Source: Macrostomum lignano (lineage: Eukaryota). From it: DNA of 64,000 nucleotides. The DNA lies in the NCBI GenBank assembly GCA_002269645.1, contig NIVC01001091.1, forward strand, positions 1 to 64,000, written 5' to 3'. Position numbers and translations under genes: made by a program. The stretch's first letter is position 1, and every line of letters begins with the position of its first letter. This document shows positions 13,264-25,091 of the stretch, piece by piece. The notes beneath the pieces were generated by a model that was not told where the DNA came from, did not search any database, and saw nothing but the letters and a program-made list of their open reading frames with translations.

Positions 13264-13845
13264 TTGCACTGCTGTTTACCAACGGCATGGACAATTTTTT
13301 GAAGAACAGTCACAACACTCGCATGCGCCTACTTATGCTTGTGCACTTATGAGTAGTAAAAAAGTATATTCGTATTTTTTTTCCGAACAGCAATTTTTAT
13401 TCTTATTCCGATACTGTAAAAACGCGATGAAATTCCTTGTTAATACGTACCAGCGGATGAACTGCTAGTGTCTCAGAATTTGAGTGATGAAAATACTCTC
13501 TTTCTCATGCCTCTATTGAATCATAAGCAATGTAACCTAGCAGGCCTTGTTAATAAATATTGCTATTTTTATTTTCTTCAAAAAACCAAATTTCCCAACT
13601 AATTGCGCAATTCTTTACGAGTAACTGCATGTGGAGTTTCAATTCTGAACTATAACCGTATTCCGTTTAGCAGTTAAATTCAATCAGCTATGCTAATGTG
13701 ACAGTGTTATAATATGCGCATTATAAAAAAACTGTAATTTAATTATTTACTGGTACATTGTGTTTCTATTTTTCGTCGCTCATAAATGTGTCAGCTTATA
13801 GCCGCTCGAAGCGCACTGAAAAAAGCGTTGCTTGCCTCTTGGCTA

Positions 13846-13859
13846 GTTGCCTTGGTAAC
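13846..13859. promoter_or_regulatory. RFX X-box GTTGCCTTGGTAAC
   Basis: Matches GTNRCC-N2-RGYAAC exactly; about 145 bp upstream of the tetraspanin 2 ATG. Confidence 0.55.
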
Positions 13860-14002
13860 TGGATTGCAAAACTTGCAAAGAAATGATAAGGGAGCGCAGC
13901 TTATAATACAGTCGATGAGGGTAAATATTTTTAGCCGAGCTAGCAAGCTAAGTATTGCACAGTCCAATAAAACAGAATAGAAGAAAAAAAGCGAATGCTA
14001 AA

Positions 14003-17000
14003 ATGGGAATTTGCGGTTGCCTCACTTCAAAATTGGCAGGGTGCATTTTGTACCTAGTCAGCAGCATCTTCATGGTGAGGTCGCTTCATTATGACTGTTT
14101 TCATTTTTTTTTAATCTCTAAATTTGGAATATATTTTATTTAAACGACTTCATGTCCGATTTATATTCTCTTGCTTGTCTCTCAGTTTAGTTTCACAGTC
14201 AGAAATATGCGTGTATAGTCTATGGCCCAACTTGCTTGTCTCTCAGTCAAGTTTCACAGTCAGCAATATGTGTGTTTAGTCTATGGCCCAAATTGCCTGT
14301 CTCTCAGTTAAGTGTCACAGACAGCAATATGTGTGTTTAGTCTATGGCCCAACTTGCTTGTCTCTCAGTTGAGTGTCACAGACAGCAATATGTGTGTAGT
14401 CTATGGCCCAACCAGTCTTCTTGTTCTTTTGGCCAGGCTTTCAACATCAACTTCAAACTTCGGGATTTCCTGTTTTCTTACTTGGCATGACAAGTGCTGC
14501 AATTAAAATTTTAATGTTTAAGACTGGCATGGTCTTTTGATAGAACGTCTGATTATTAATTTTCTTAAAGTTTGCTTCGCCTCTTTTAACTAACGTACCC
14601 AGTATAGAATTGGTGTAGCTCTGGTTTTCTACTAGTCTACTAGCATCAATTTTCAATCTTATTATCTTATCGACTCAAAATCGAGTAGTATGTTAAATGC
14701 CAGAAACAGTGTACAGTGAACGAGTGCGCGGTAAGAGGTGTGTTGCTATCTACAAAATACATTGCCTTAAAAAATTGTAAAATACGGATGAAGGACGCGC
14801 ATTTCTGTTTTGTACCCCTTCCTTGGTCGAAAATCCATGTCGATAAGATAGCCGTTGAGCTTCGATTATACACACTGAACTACTACCGTTTTTTATAACT
14901 ATTCGAAGTAGTAGCAGTAGTAGTGTCAGAGGGGAATTCTACTGCTCATGTGTAGTTGTAGAGTATCAGAGGTGAATTCTACTGCTCATGTGTAGTTGTA
15001 GAGTATCAGAGGGGAATTCTACTGCTCATGTGTAGTTGTAGAGTATCAGAGGGGAATTCTACTGCTCATGTGTAGTTGTAGAGTATCAGAGGGGAATTCT
15101 ATTGCTCATGTGTAGTTGTAGAGTATCAGAGGGGAATTCTACTGCTCATGTGTAGTTGTAGAGTGTCAGAGGGGAATTCTACTGTTCATGTGTAGTTGTA
15201 GAATATCAGAGGGGAATTCTACTGCTCATGTGTAGTTGTAGAGTATCAGAGGGGAATTCTACTGCTCATGTGTAGTTGTAGAGTGTCAGAGGGGAATTCT
15301 ACTGTTCATGTGTAGTTGTAGAGTATCAGAGGGGAATTCTACTGCTCATGTGTAGTTGTAGAGTATCAGAGGGGAATTCTACTGCTCATGTGTAGTTGTA
15401 GAGTATCAGAGGGGAATTCTACTGTTCATGTGTAGTTGAAGAGCATCAGAGGGGAATTCTACTGTTAATGTGTAGTTGAAGAGCATCAGAGGGGAATTCT
15501 ACTGCTCATGTGTAGTTATAGAGTGTTAGAATGGAATTCTACGGCTCGTTTGCTCCTAAGTACGCGTAGTTTCAACTTGTCTCAATGGCATTTTTGTACT
15601 CAATTCTTAAAAAACTCGCACGGTCCAACGAGCAGACGATCGGAGTTGCCATCGCCGCCCTGGGCTGCGTTCTGCACTTCGGCGGCAATGCGGTCTACCA
15701 GGCCTTCAGCAGTTTGCTCGGGTCAATCGGCAGCACGAATATTGGCGGCGAAATTGTACAGTTGGGCATCCTGGATCTGCAACGCATTTTAGGCAGCTGG
15801 TCGTCAATTATAAGCTACGCTGGTCTTATACTGCTGGGCTTGGGACTGTTTTTCCTTGCTGTTGGCATCTTGGGCTGCATTGGCGCCTGCTGCAACCTCA
15901 AGACTATGTTGATTGTGGTGAGTTTGGCTCTCTGTGTTATTTTCTTGTCTCCGATTTTCTACTTGTTGGTGCTTCACAAGCTCTGTTTACTTCTCCCGAG
16001 TTTGTGTCTCACTTCCACACAGCTTCTCCTGAGTTTGTGTCTTACTTCCACACAGCTTCTCCTGAGTTTGTGTCTTACTTCCACACAGCTTCTCCCGAGT
16101 TTGTGTCTTACTTCCACACAGCTTCTCCTGAGTTTGTGTCCCACTTCCACATACCTTCTCGTGAGTTTGTGTCCCACTTCCACATACCTTCTCGTGAGTT
16201 TGTGTCCCACTTCCACATACCTTCTCGTGAGTTTGTGTCCCACTTCCACATACCTTCTCGTGAGTTTGTGTCCCACTTCCACATACCTTCTCGTGAGTTT
16301 GTGTCCGACTTCCACATACCTTCTCGTGAGTTTGTGTCCCACTTCCACATACCTTCTCGTGAGTTTGTGTCCCACTTCCACATACCTTCTCGTGAGTTTG
16401 TGTCCCACTTCCACACACCTTCTCGTGAGTTTGTGTCTCACTTCCACACACCTTCTCGCGAGTTTGTGTCTCACTTCCACACACCTTCTCGCGAGTTTGT
16501 GTCTCGCTCACTTTTGCAACAATTAACCAATATCTGAACAGTTCAATAAGAAAACTCATCAAACTCGCATGTTGAATAAATTTTAGTACGCTATCCTGAC
16601 ACTGACCATCACTGTGGTGCTCATCGGGTTCGTCATCGGCTATTATGCCTTAAAGCAGAACATGAGAGATCTTGGCGCCGAGGAGATGAGAAAGCTCATT
16701 GTCAACGAATACCAGGGCAGGACTCATCCCAGCCCGAATGACTTCTCCAAGATCCTGGATATCGTTCAGGGACAGGTGAGTGACACGTAGAGACACTTCT
16801 GGCATGGAATGGGGCATACCAATTTAGTACGTGGATGTTTCTGCGAATGGTTAGCTACAAGTGCATAAAGCTGATTGGCATTCGGACAATGGTTCATGAC
16901 ACTATTAAGATAAGCACTTATCGTTGGGACAATGGCACATGCAGGGACAACTGGATACTGTCAGGATAGGTACTTCAATTTGGATAGCTACACAGATGCT

Positions 17001-18570
17001 TTTAACAATTTATTCTAAATATTTCACCAGCTCGACTGCTGCGGCGTCACCAACTACACGGAGTTCTACTCGGCCGGCCAGTGGAATCGGACATACTATT
17101 ATTCGGATTCTGTCGGATATATTCGTGAGTAGTTTGCCTCTTGGATGCGTACATTTTGCTTTTTTATGTTAGACAACTCGGTGTTGGGAAACAGACTTAC
17201 AGAATTAGATTCTTCTAGGAATTATGTGCTAAGACGCTTTGAAAGCTTAGCGAATTTTTACGCTTTCTGAAGGGTCTAAATGGCCTTTTAAGCTCAAGTT
17301 TGGTCATTTTTATAGGTTTTCTTTAGAAGCTATTGTACCAAAAGTTTTTGAACTTCTGGCTTGTTGAAGGGAAGTCCTATTGTGAAAGAGTTCTAAAGGC
17401 CTTCTATGTCCTTAGTGTTAAATGTTTCTGGGGGCATTTTGTGTCTTAGGGTTGAGGATCACTGAAGGCCCTTTGAGTTTGAAGGTTAAATGTTTCTAAA
17501 GAGTTTTCATAAGCCTTGCATCGCAGTTCGACCCCTCTGAAGGGATTGGGTCTTGAAATAAAGGACGTGTACATTGCCAATAGAGTTGACAAAATAATTC
17601 TTTAGTCTTAGGCATCATTTACTGAAGATTTTAATCTCGTAGTAACGTTAATGGTTTAGAAAACATTCTCTCACACTGCAGAGCTAACCGCGCCGATCGC
17701 CTGCTGTAAACTGAGAAAGTCGGACTTCGAGCCCCAGTTCGCCAACTGCACTCTCAGCCCGACTGCGCAGAACAGCAACATTCACACGGGCTGCTACGAC
17801 AAGCTCTGGGAATTTTTGGATACTTACGCAAATGTGCTGATTGTTGGTATAGCCATCACCGCCGGTGTTACCGTGAGTGTGCACGTCTTCTTCATAGTAA
17901 ATTTATTCAATGATTAGATAATACTAAACCCGATATTAACTGTAACTTTTACAAATTGATGGGGAGAAAAGAAAGAGACGACAAGAGCCAGATATGGGAA
18001 ATTCTATCGATGAGGAAAGTATTCTATTGTCTAGATTTAGGACACATCGCTATATACTAGTAAGAATCACTGAATCCACACTCAACCTACATTTAGGTTC
18101 TGAAGAATCGCTCCCACAAAAAGTTCTCAAGAATTGTTGCTCAAACCCTCATCAAGTTCTCAATAATAATTGCTCAACCTCTCATCAAGTTTTCAAGAAT
18201 CGCTACTCAACCGTCATCAAGTTCTCAAGAATCGCTACTCAACCGTCATCAAGTTCTCAAGAATCGCTACTCAACCGTCATCAAGTTCTCAAGAATCGCT
18301 ACCCAACCCACATAAAGTTCTCAAGAATCGCTACTCAATCCTCATCAAGTTCTCAAGATCGCTACTCAACCCTCATCAAGTTCTCAAGAATCGCTACTCA
18401 ATCCAAGAATTACAGCTCTCTGTTGCCTACAGTCTTCCCTTATATTTCAGTGTCTTCAAGGAGAAACTATATCTACATTTTTAATTTCATGACCCTTTCA
18501 GGCCGGCATATCCGTTCTGGCCATCATCATGCTGTGCTACCACTTCAAGAATGACGTCACTCCGATCTAA
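14003..18570 (+). CDS. Tetraspanin 2 (about 298 aa); exons 14003-14074, 15636-15917, 16587-16775, 17031-17124, 17682-17872, 18502-18570
   Basis: Paralog of tetraspanin 1 with CCG, PIACC and GCYDKL; splice phases are consistent; ends NDVTPI*. Confidence 0.92.
14170..14412. repeat. 61-bp tandem repeat x4
   Basis: TTGCYTGTCTCTCAG recurs at 14171, 14232, 14293 and 14354. Confidence 0.9.
14925..15535. repeat. 40-bp minisatellite (GAGTATCAGAGGGGAATTCTACTGCTCATGTGTAGTTGTA) x about 15
   Basis: Direct reading. Confidence 0.95.
15980..16508. repeat. 33-bp minisatellite (GTGAGTTTGTGTCCCACTTCCACATACCTTCTC) x about 16
   Basis: Direct reading; lies in the intron after exon 2 of tetraspanin 2. Confidence 0.95.
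18115..18405. repeat. 32-bp minisatellite (TCATCAAGTTCTCAAGAATCGCTACTCAACCG) x about 9
   Basis: Direct reading. Confidence 0.9.
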
Positions 18571-19350
18571 GGAGAACGTTAGAGGTGTGCATGTACTTCG
18601 GTCTTTGTATTGAAAATTATGAAGCAATTATTCAGCAAGGCGGGCACAATGCCAAAATACAGTTCGGTTTATCAAGTTGAAGGATATGATTGTTATCTTA
18701 ATCGAGTTTTGATTTTTATTCCTTTGGAGATACTGCTTTACAGTATATATGTAATACATTATACACTTGCAAACACTTTGAGAGCTTTAAACCTTCATGT
18801 TACTGAAGTGGATTTCTGTACTCTTTTTACCATTCTATGCCACGAATGCAGTACATGTACGAGTTTTTTAAGCAAATTCCAAAGCGTTGTTGGCCGAATA
18901 AATCAATGAAACTGAAGCTGGCAATGCAAGAAAACTTTATTCATGTGATTGCGTTTTGGCTTAATTTATTATTTACATTCTTCACAATGTTTGGAAGTTC
19001 TGCAAAATACATAATGTTGTGCCTTGTGCGTAATTTGCTACCAATGCATTGTTTTATTTATGCATAAATATATAGAATTCAAAATTGATCAGAGATTTTG
19101 TATGTGTACGTGCTACATTTTACGTTCTTCAAACTATTGAATTTGTAGCTTATAAAGGAAAAATGCATTTATATGTACTTTTGTAATTCATCTTCGGAAT
19201 TTATAATCTTTGTTAAATACATGATGTACACAAAGAACCGCTAGCGCAGTATATCTACTAGTCATAAATGCTGCTATAGTGGTCCTTATTGGGACTCCCA
19301 ATAAATACATATATATATATATATTGTTCCCATGCCTTCATGTATACATG

Positions 19351-20178
19351 TGTCACGTTATTTGATGTTGGCCGTGACCCTTAAAAGGGCCGTTTTAGTC
19401 CCAAAATAAGTTGAAGTCAACTCAGGCGAAGTGGATGGTGTAGCGGAGCACTTGGCGATAAAGGCAGGAACTGCCGTAGTTGTCTTTATTGTTAATATCA
19501 GTATTAAGTTTGGTTGTTACTGGCAATAAACAGACTATAGCTTTCTGGGCACTGGCGGCTGCAACAATGGGTTGAATATAATTTGGATATGAAGTCAAGT
19601 GGCAGGCGAATGACACAATGGCGATGTGACGAGAGCAGAGGCTATGAGCACAGTGAAGGCAGTGAAACGTAGTGGCGAGTTTGGCGTCGGTCGTGGCGTG
19701 AGACAGTCAAGTAAGTGTGTGAGCAGGCTGGCCCAGGCAGAGGGGCCGTGGCGAGAAATAAGGAGGCTCGAGGCAGCCAGGCAGGAACGCAAAAACACAC
19801 ACAAGGCCAAGGACAGACAGGGAGGGAGAGAGAGGCACAGATAAGGACGGAGGAAACAAGAGTGAGGAGTGCCCGCCGCCAGGCGGGGGGTTTAATAAAA
19901 GAGCGCAGAGGGGGGTAGCGCGAGCACGAGTGATTTCATTGGCTGGCGAGAGAACTTAAAATTATCGATCGTGTCAATTTTATACGGTCGCGAGAGAGGA
20001 TAGCAAAATATACAGTGAATTAGAAATTGCCACAAAATCGTTGGGCACTACTACAAGTAAACGTCGCAATAAACGAATGGAAAAGTTTAGTTGAAACGGT
20101 GAAACTGAAGGGTTGAAACTATAGAGAAACAGCAGTCCAACGGCCCTTTTCGGGACCACCTTAAATGACAACGTCACA
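19351..20178 (-). mobile_element. Solo LTR (828 bp) of a second family, or a non-autonomous Ginger-like element
   Basis: Termini TGTCACGTT ... AACGTCACA flanked by a 4-bp direct repeat CATG (19347-19350, 20179-20182). Subterminal inverted AAAAGGGCCGTT. Minus strand carries CCAAT (19942-19938), TATTAAA (about 19895) and AATAAA (19490-19485) in LTR-like order. Confidence 0.7.
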
Positions 20179-22006
20179 CATGTCAACCTTTTAATGGACA
20201 CAAGTAAGCAACTTATTAGAATGAAAAAGTTACGGTTTTCCTATTTTGCAGCAACTGAGATCGGATCGATAACCGTACACACAGCAGACGAGCGTCAACA
20301 AGGAATTGAGTACACGTACATATTTTACATCTACATACATGCAAATATATGTACATGTGCGTGCAGTGTGTGCAAGGTAAAATATCATTCAGTTCAATCG
20401 TAGTTACATGCATGCATGTATGTACCAATAATTACATGTACCCTACATGTAATATTATAATTTCCCCAATAAAACAGCAATATTGTGCGACGATCGAGAG
20501 CATGCACACAAGTCGTCCTTTACTACGACTTACGAGTACAGTTGATTACTACGGTTGATTTTCGCTAGTAGCTGGAGTCACCAAAAGGACGACTCAGCAA
20601 ATCTGCATGATTATTCAGGCATGGGCGGTACACTGGTAATTCATGCAGTTTGAATGCTGTGCCTTACTGGAAGCAATTTTAACTCGCTTTTACTTCGACT
20701 CGCTTTACTTTACTCGTTTTTTCCTCAAGACGAAGAAAAAACGGGCAAGTCCACAACCCAACTGGCAATATAAATGGGAATAATGATCGGTTTTAACGAC
20801 CCCACCCTTAGCTCTGTGCTTGAAAACGTGCAACACCCAATCCAGGTCTGACGACTTGATTGAGAGTAATGAGAGAGTAATGAGAATAATGTCTTGTGTA
20901 GGCAGTAAAGAAAAAAATAGCTGTCTTTGAAACTAATTAACGAGTTTTTATGTCAATTATTTTCTCTATAGTTGTACGGTTACGCAACTAAAGATAAGAG
21001 TTGTTATGTTACATTCTTGTTAAAACAATACATTTTTAAATTGATGTTTCATGGGAAATTGGTTGTCATGGTGGATGGATGGTTGACAACTTGAAAACAC
21101 AACCTGCCGTCCTGCCTTCCTTCTGCCTACCATTGTCTGTTTTAATTCCAGCAGTACTGCAACACGTTAGTATAAAAATAGTGTAGCTTGCCTCAATCTT
21201 TAGACTAAGAACTTAAGTAGAAGAACATGAAACCTCTTTTCTTCGAAAAATAAGGTGGCTGGTTTTGTCCAAAAACGTACACTATCGAGATAGGGACTTT
21301 TTGTTTTTAATTTTTATAAATAGGCCCTAATAGATTGTTTTTAATCAAAAGGGGACTGAATGCTTATCTTTGATATACAATATTTCTTTAGTATTGTTCT
21401 ATTGATTTTTTAATGCTTTATGAGTTATGTGCAAGACTAAGACAAGAGATCCATGTTGGCTACCCTGCTGGCTGCTGCCTGCTACTGCTACTGCTAGTCT
21501 GCTACTCATACATACATAGCGCATAGGTGTAGGCATAGCCCAAAGCCACAGGCATGTATCTTTCATATTTATTAATATGATATAAAAAACAAGAAATAAG
21601 AAATCATTAGGGACTACATTATTGAATATCAAAAAAGGCTTTTTATTTAAGTTCCTCCTTTTGTTGCAGACTTGCAGCCTCAATTGCTCAATGGCATGTG
21701 TAGGCCTACAATTTTTTGTGTTCATAGAATGAACTAGGCCTATAGTTATTCATAGGCTAGACATAGTTCTATTGTCCATTGTCTACTACTAGGCCTAGGC
21801 CTATTGGACTTATTGAACTTTAGTTAGGCCTAGGCCTATGCCTATATAAATTATTTGTAATTTGATAGGATCATAAGTTGTCTATAGCCTATAGGCTATA
21901 TAGGTTTTTGATAGTATTGATTTCAAATTAAAGCTTCATTTTTTTGTAGAGTAAGGCCAACCACTAGGACATGGAGAATAGAAGTTTTAGGATAGAAACA
22001 TGCATG

Positions 22007-22168
22007 CACAACCTTGGGAATCACTCAGCCATTTCTATTGGCAACACACAGATGTAAGTTGCTATTGGCTGATAGCAGTCACGTGACTACTTTTCCGTCC
22101 AATAGCGTCAGCAACTTATATGTGTATGTGTTGCCAATAGAAACAGCCAGGTGAATCCCTTGGTTGTG
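22007..22168. repeat. Imperfect 162-bp palindrome centred on GTCACGTGAC
   Basis: Arms TTTCTATTGGCAACACA..TAAGTTGCT / AGCAACTTA..TGTGTTGCCAATAGAAA and CACAACC / GGTTGTG. Confidence 0.75.
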
Positions 22169-23183
22169 GCTGCACCTAAGCATAGATAGAAATAGAATCT
22201 TAATGGGGAGGTTAGCAACAGCATAATGATTTTTTGAATATTAGATAGATAAACTCTAAGACCAGGGTTAGGGAGGTCTAAAGGGTGCCACCAAATTCAT
22301 TAATATCTAATTTATCAACTCTATTGATGAATTCAATTTATCTTACTATGCATTGTTGACAAATTTGGTTGCTTGACTAAATACTGTTAACTAATGTTAA
22401 AAATTAAAAGACAAAGCCTATTAAGATAAGAATATGCATATAAGATAACAAAGGCAAATGTTTTTTAATTAGGCCTAGGCCTAATATATATTTATTAATT
22501 ATTTTTACACACTGTTAAAACCTCAGAATTTTAAACTTTTTGAATTTTAATCCTAGAACTATAGGATTTATCTTTTTAATATCAAAATTTTCTCTTATTT
22601 ATATCAACATTTATAATCATTTAAAATAAATAATGTGATCTTATTAGGATAAAGTAGCATACTAAAATAAACATTAATAAAATAGCAATTATAAACAATT
22701 ATAAATTATAAAATTATGGTTGCTTAATTTTTTCAATGTAATGTATTTTATCAAAGGCCATTATTTTAAAGTCAATGTGTATTTTGCATATGAAATAAAT
22801 TATATAAAATTAAAAAGGCCTAGGGCCTATATAATCTAAAGAGCTAATCAGAGACAGATTAAGTATATTGCATAAAAGTTAATTGTTAATTAATAGACTC
22901 CCTCTCTTTTTTCTCCCTCCTTTCTTTTCCTATTCTCTTCCTCTCCTTTCTTTCTTCTCCCAATTTTTTATTTTTTGCATTTTTTATTTTGCAAATTACT
23001 TTGGCCGGCAGCCATTTCACCTGTCTAGTTTGGATGGGTCAGATAAGTATTGGGCATGTATGCATTAAGGACAGATATGATATTAGAAACCATTTAAAAA
23101 TTAAAGATAGATCAAAAGCCTGTACTAGAAAATGAAAGAAAATAAAGTTGTCAATGCACAATTTGTTTAGAAAAAAACTATTT

Positions 23184-23951
23184 TGTACTAGTGCTATGCC
23201 TTTATCATAGTATACTCGAATGTTCTTTCAATGTAATAACTGTATATTCGAATCTTTCTTAGAAACTGAATCTACGCGAACGCCAAATAATAGTTTGTTT
23301 TAATGCGCGAAATAAATTGGAGAATTATTTTTTTGTTTTAATCGTATGTGGGGAAAATCACTATATATAGGAGCGGTTTTGCGACAAATATACTCTAACT
23401 GTCTTTTACTCGTGAGCAAATAATTGCGAACAGAATAAGCAGTTCAATCTAAACCATTTCAAAGTCTTTGAGCTAAATAGCGACTTATTTATTTGCAAAA
23501 CCTGTGAAACGATTCTAAGAAATTTGCTAAGAGAAGGGAATTGGGACTAATTCTTGGAGATATACCAAGAGAGGCGCCGTGACCCTCTAGTCTCGGTGAA
23601 CGCCCGATTAGGACTATACACTAATACATATACCAGTACTAGACCGCTCAGGCCATAAGCTACTAGAACGCTACCAGAAAGCAAGCCATAAGCTACCAGA
23701 AACGCTACTAAGAACGCTACCAGAAACGCTACTAAGAACGCTACCCAGAAATATTTAAATGAAATTCTAAGAAATAGTTAGGGAGTAAAAGCAAGTATAG
23801 TCAGGATAACTGTAGTTGGCAAATCGGTGGGATTAAAATTGATAAAGTAAGAGGTGAAAGGCCTGTAACAACTTTGGTGGCAGCTCGTAGGATATTTAAT
23901 AAACACTAATAGTTAGAAGTTTAGAAAGACAGAGCCAAAAGGCCTGTCACA
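23184..23951 (+). repeat. 5' LTR
   Basis: TGTACTAG...TGTCACA; same length as 31168-31935 and no difference found by eye. Confidence 0.95.
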
Positions 23952-23953
23952 GC

Positions 23954-23964
23954 TGGTGGCAGCG
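23954..23964 (+). other. Primer-binding site TGGTGGCAGCG (tRNA-Leu-like)
   Basis: 2 nt after the LTR; complementary to the CGCTGCCA-CCA 3' end typical of eukaryotic tRNA-Leu(AAG/TAG). Confidence 0.8.
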
Positions 23965-24052
23965 ATAAGGATTAGAGAAACGGCGCGAACTCTTAAAGCT
24001 AGATTCAGAAGAATTCCGAAGAATAATTTGAAAAGTTTTTCGTAGAGAAAAG

Positions 24053-25057
24053 ATGAATCAGAATCAGGCTAATGACGCCATCGCCATGCTGGCAGAAGAA
24101 TTGCGAAACCGACTAGAGATAGGGCCGATGAGACACGTTAAGATTCAGAAATTCACACCTACGCAAGACATTCGGATCTGGCTAACAGCCTTCGATCAGC
24201 GCTGTGAAGTAGAAGGGATAGATGAGGAACATAGGAAGCAGGAATTGCTAGCTAATCTGGACCTGTCCACTGCATTCGCAGCGGTACAGCGCCTAAATCT
24301 GCCCGAGGATCTTGAATACGAAGAGTTCAAAGAGCGACTGATTGAGCGATTCGGAAGAATCGGTAGTTCCGCAGAATTCAGAGAGGAGTTTCGTGGAAGA
24401 ATGCAAGGCAGAAATGAGCCTGTAGAGACTTTCGCAGACTGTTTGATCGAGCTGGCATCGCGTGCATTTCCGAATATGACGGTTGAGCAAAGGGAAGAAG
24501 AAATTGTTGAGCAATTCATCAAGGGAATCAGAATTCCGTCAGAGACCCGTGAGAAGCTAATCTTTGCGCAGCCAGGCAATTTACAAGAGGCTAGAAGAAT
24601 GCTAAGAAGGATGGAGGCTGCGTGGAACATGTCTCACAAGAATGTCAACATGAGAATGGCCAAAGGCGAAGGCGAGAGTGAGCAGAAGGCAGATCAGGAG
24701 AAGCTTGAGGACATCATCAAGAAGCAGAGAGCAGAGTTAGAGCAACAGAAGAAGGCGATTGAGGAGCTGATGGAAGAGAAGAGAGCTAGCCGTCAGCAGT
24801 ATCATCCGCAGAATCAATATCAAACGTACGCTCAGGTCGCTGGACCGCCGCAGCAGCCGAGATATCGGCCGCAGCAGCAGCAGCAGCAGCAGCCAGTATG
24901 GCGCGGTCAGCCTCAGTTCAACAGGCAGCCACAGCAACAGCAGCAGCCTCGAGCCTGCTACAATTGCGGGAAGCTTGGCCACATGGCGAGGAATTGCCAG
25001 AGCGCTAGGCCAAACGGTCAGCGAGTGGTGAACTACCAGAAGCAGCAGGGAAACTGA
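24053..25057 (+). CDS. gag: Gag (334 aa) with capsid-like region, Gln-rich linker and CCHC knuckle
   Basis: CYNCGKLGHMARNC; YEEFKERLIERFG; QGRNEPVETF..L..LA..AFP; EQFIKGI. Confidence 0.93.
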   Translation: MNQNQANDAIAMLAEELRNRLEIGPMRHVKIQKFTPTQDIRIWLTAFDQRCEVEGIDEEHRKQELLANLDLSTAFAAVQRLNLPEDLEYEEFKERLIERFGRIGSSAEFREEFRGRMQGRNEPVETFADCLIELASRAFPNMTVEQREEEIVEQFIKGIRIPSETREKLIFAQPGNLQEARRMLRRMEAAWNMSHKNVNMRMAKGEGESEQKADQEKLEDIIKKQRAELEQQKKAIEELMEEKRASRQQYHPQNQYQTYAQVAGPPQQPRYRPQQQQQQQPVWRGQPQFNRQPQQQQQPRACYNCGKLGHMARNCQSARPNGQRVVNYQKQQGN

Positions 25058-25091
25058 GTAGCGAGGGCCGCTTTGCGAGGCCACGTCCCTC
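25048..25091 (+). promoter_or_regulatory. -1 ribosomal frameshift signal (G GGA AAC + downstream stem-loop)
   Basis: XXXYYYZ heptamer at 25048-25054 in the gag frame. GAGGG (25063-67) can pair with CCCTC (25087-91). The -1 frame has no stop between the site and pol. Confidence 0.8.

Noticed and set aside
14925-16508. CRISPR-like appearance of 33-40-bp repeats (also the 37-bp array at 33945)
   Set aside because: Units are head-to-tail with no unique spacers, there are no cas genes, and the context is eukaryotic introns.
19235-19266. Possible Helitron 3' end (short dyad + CTAGT)
   Set aside because: The hairpin is weak, with no 5' TC end and no second copy.
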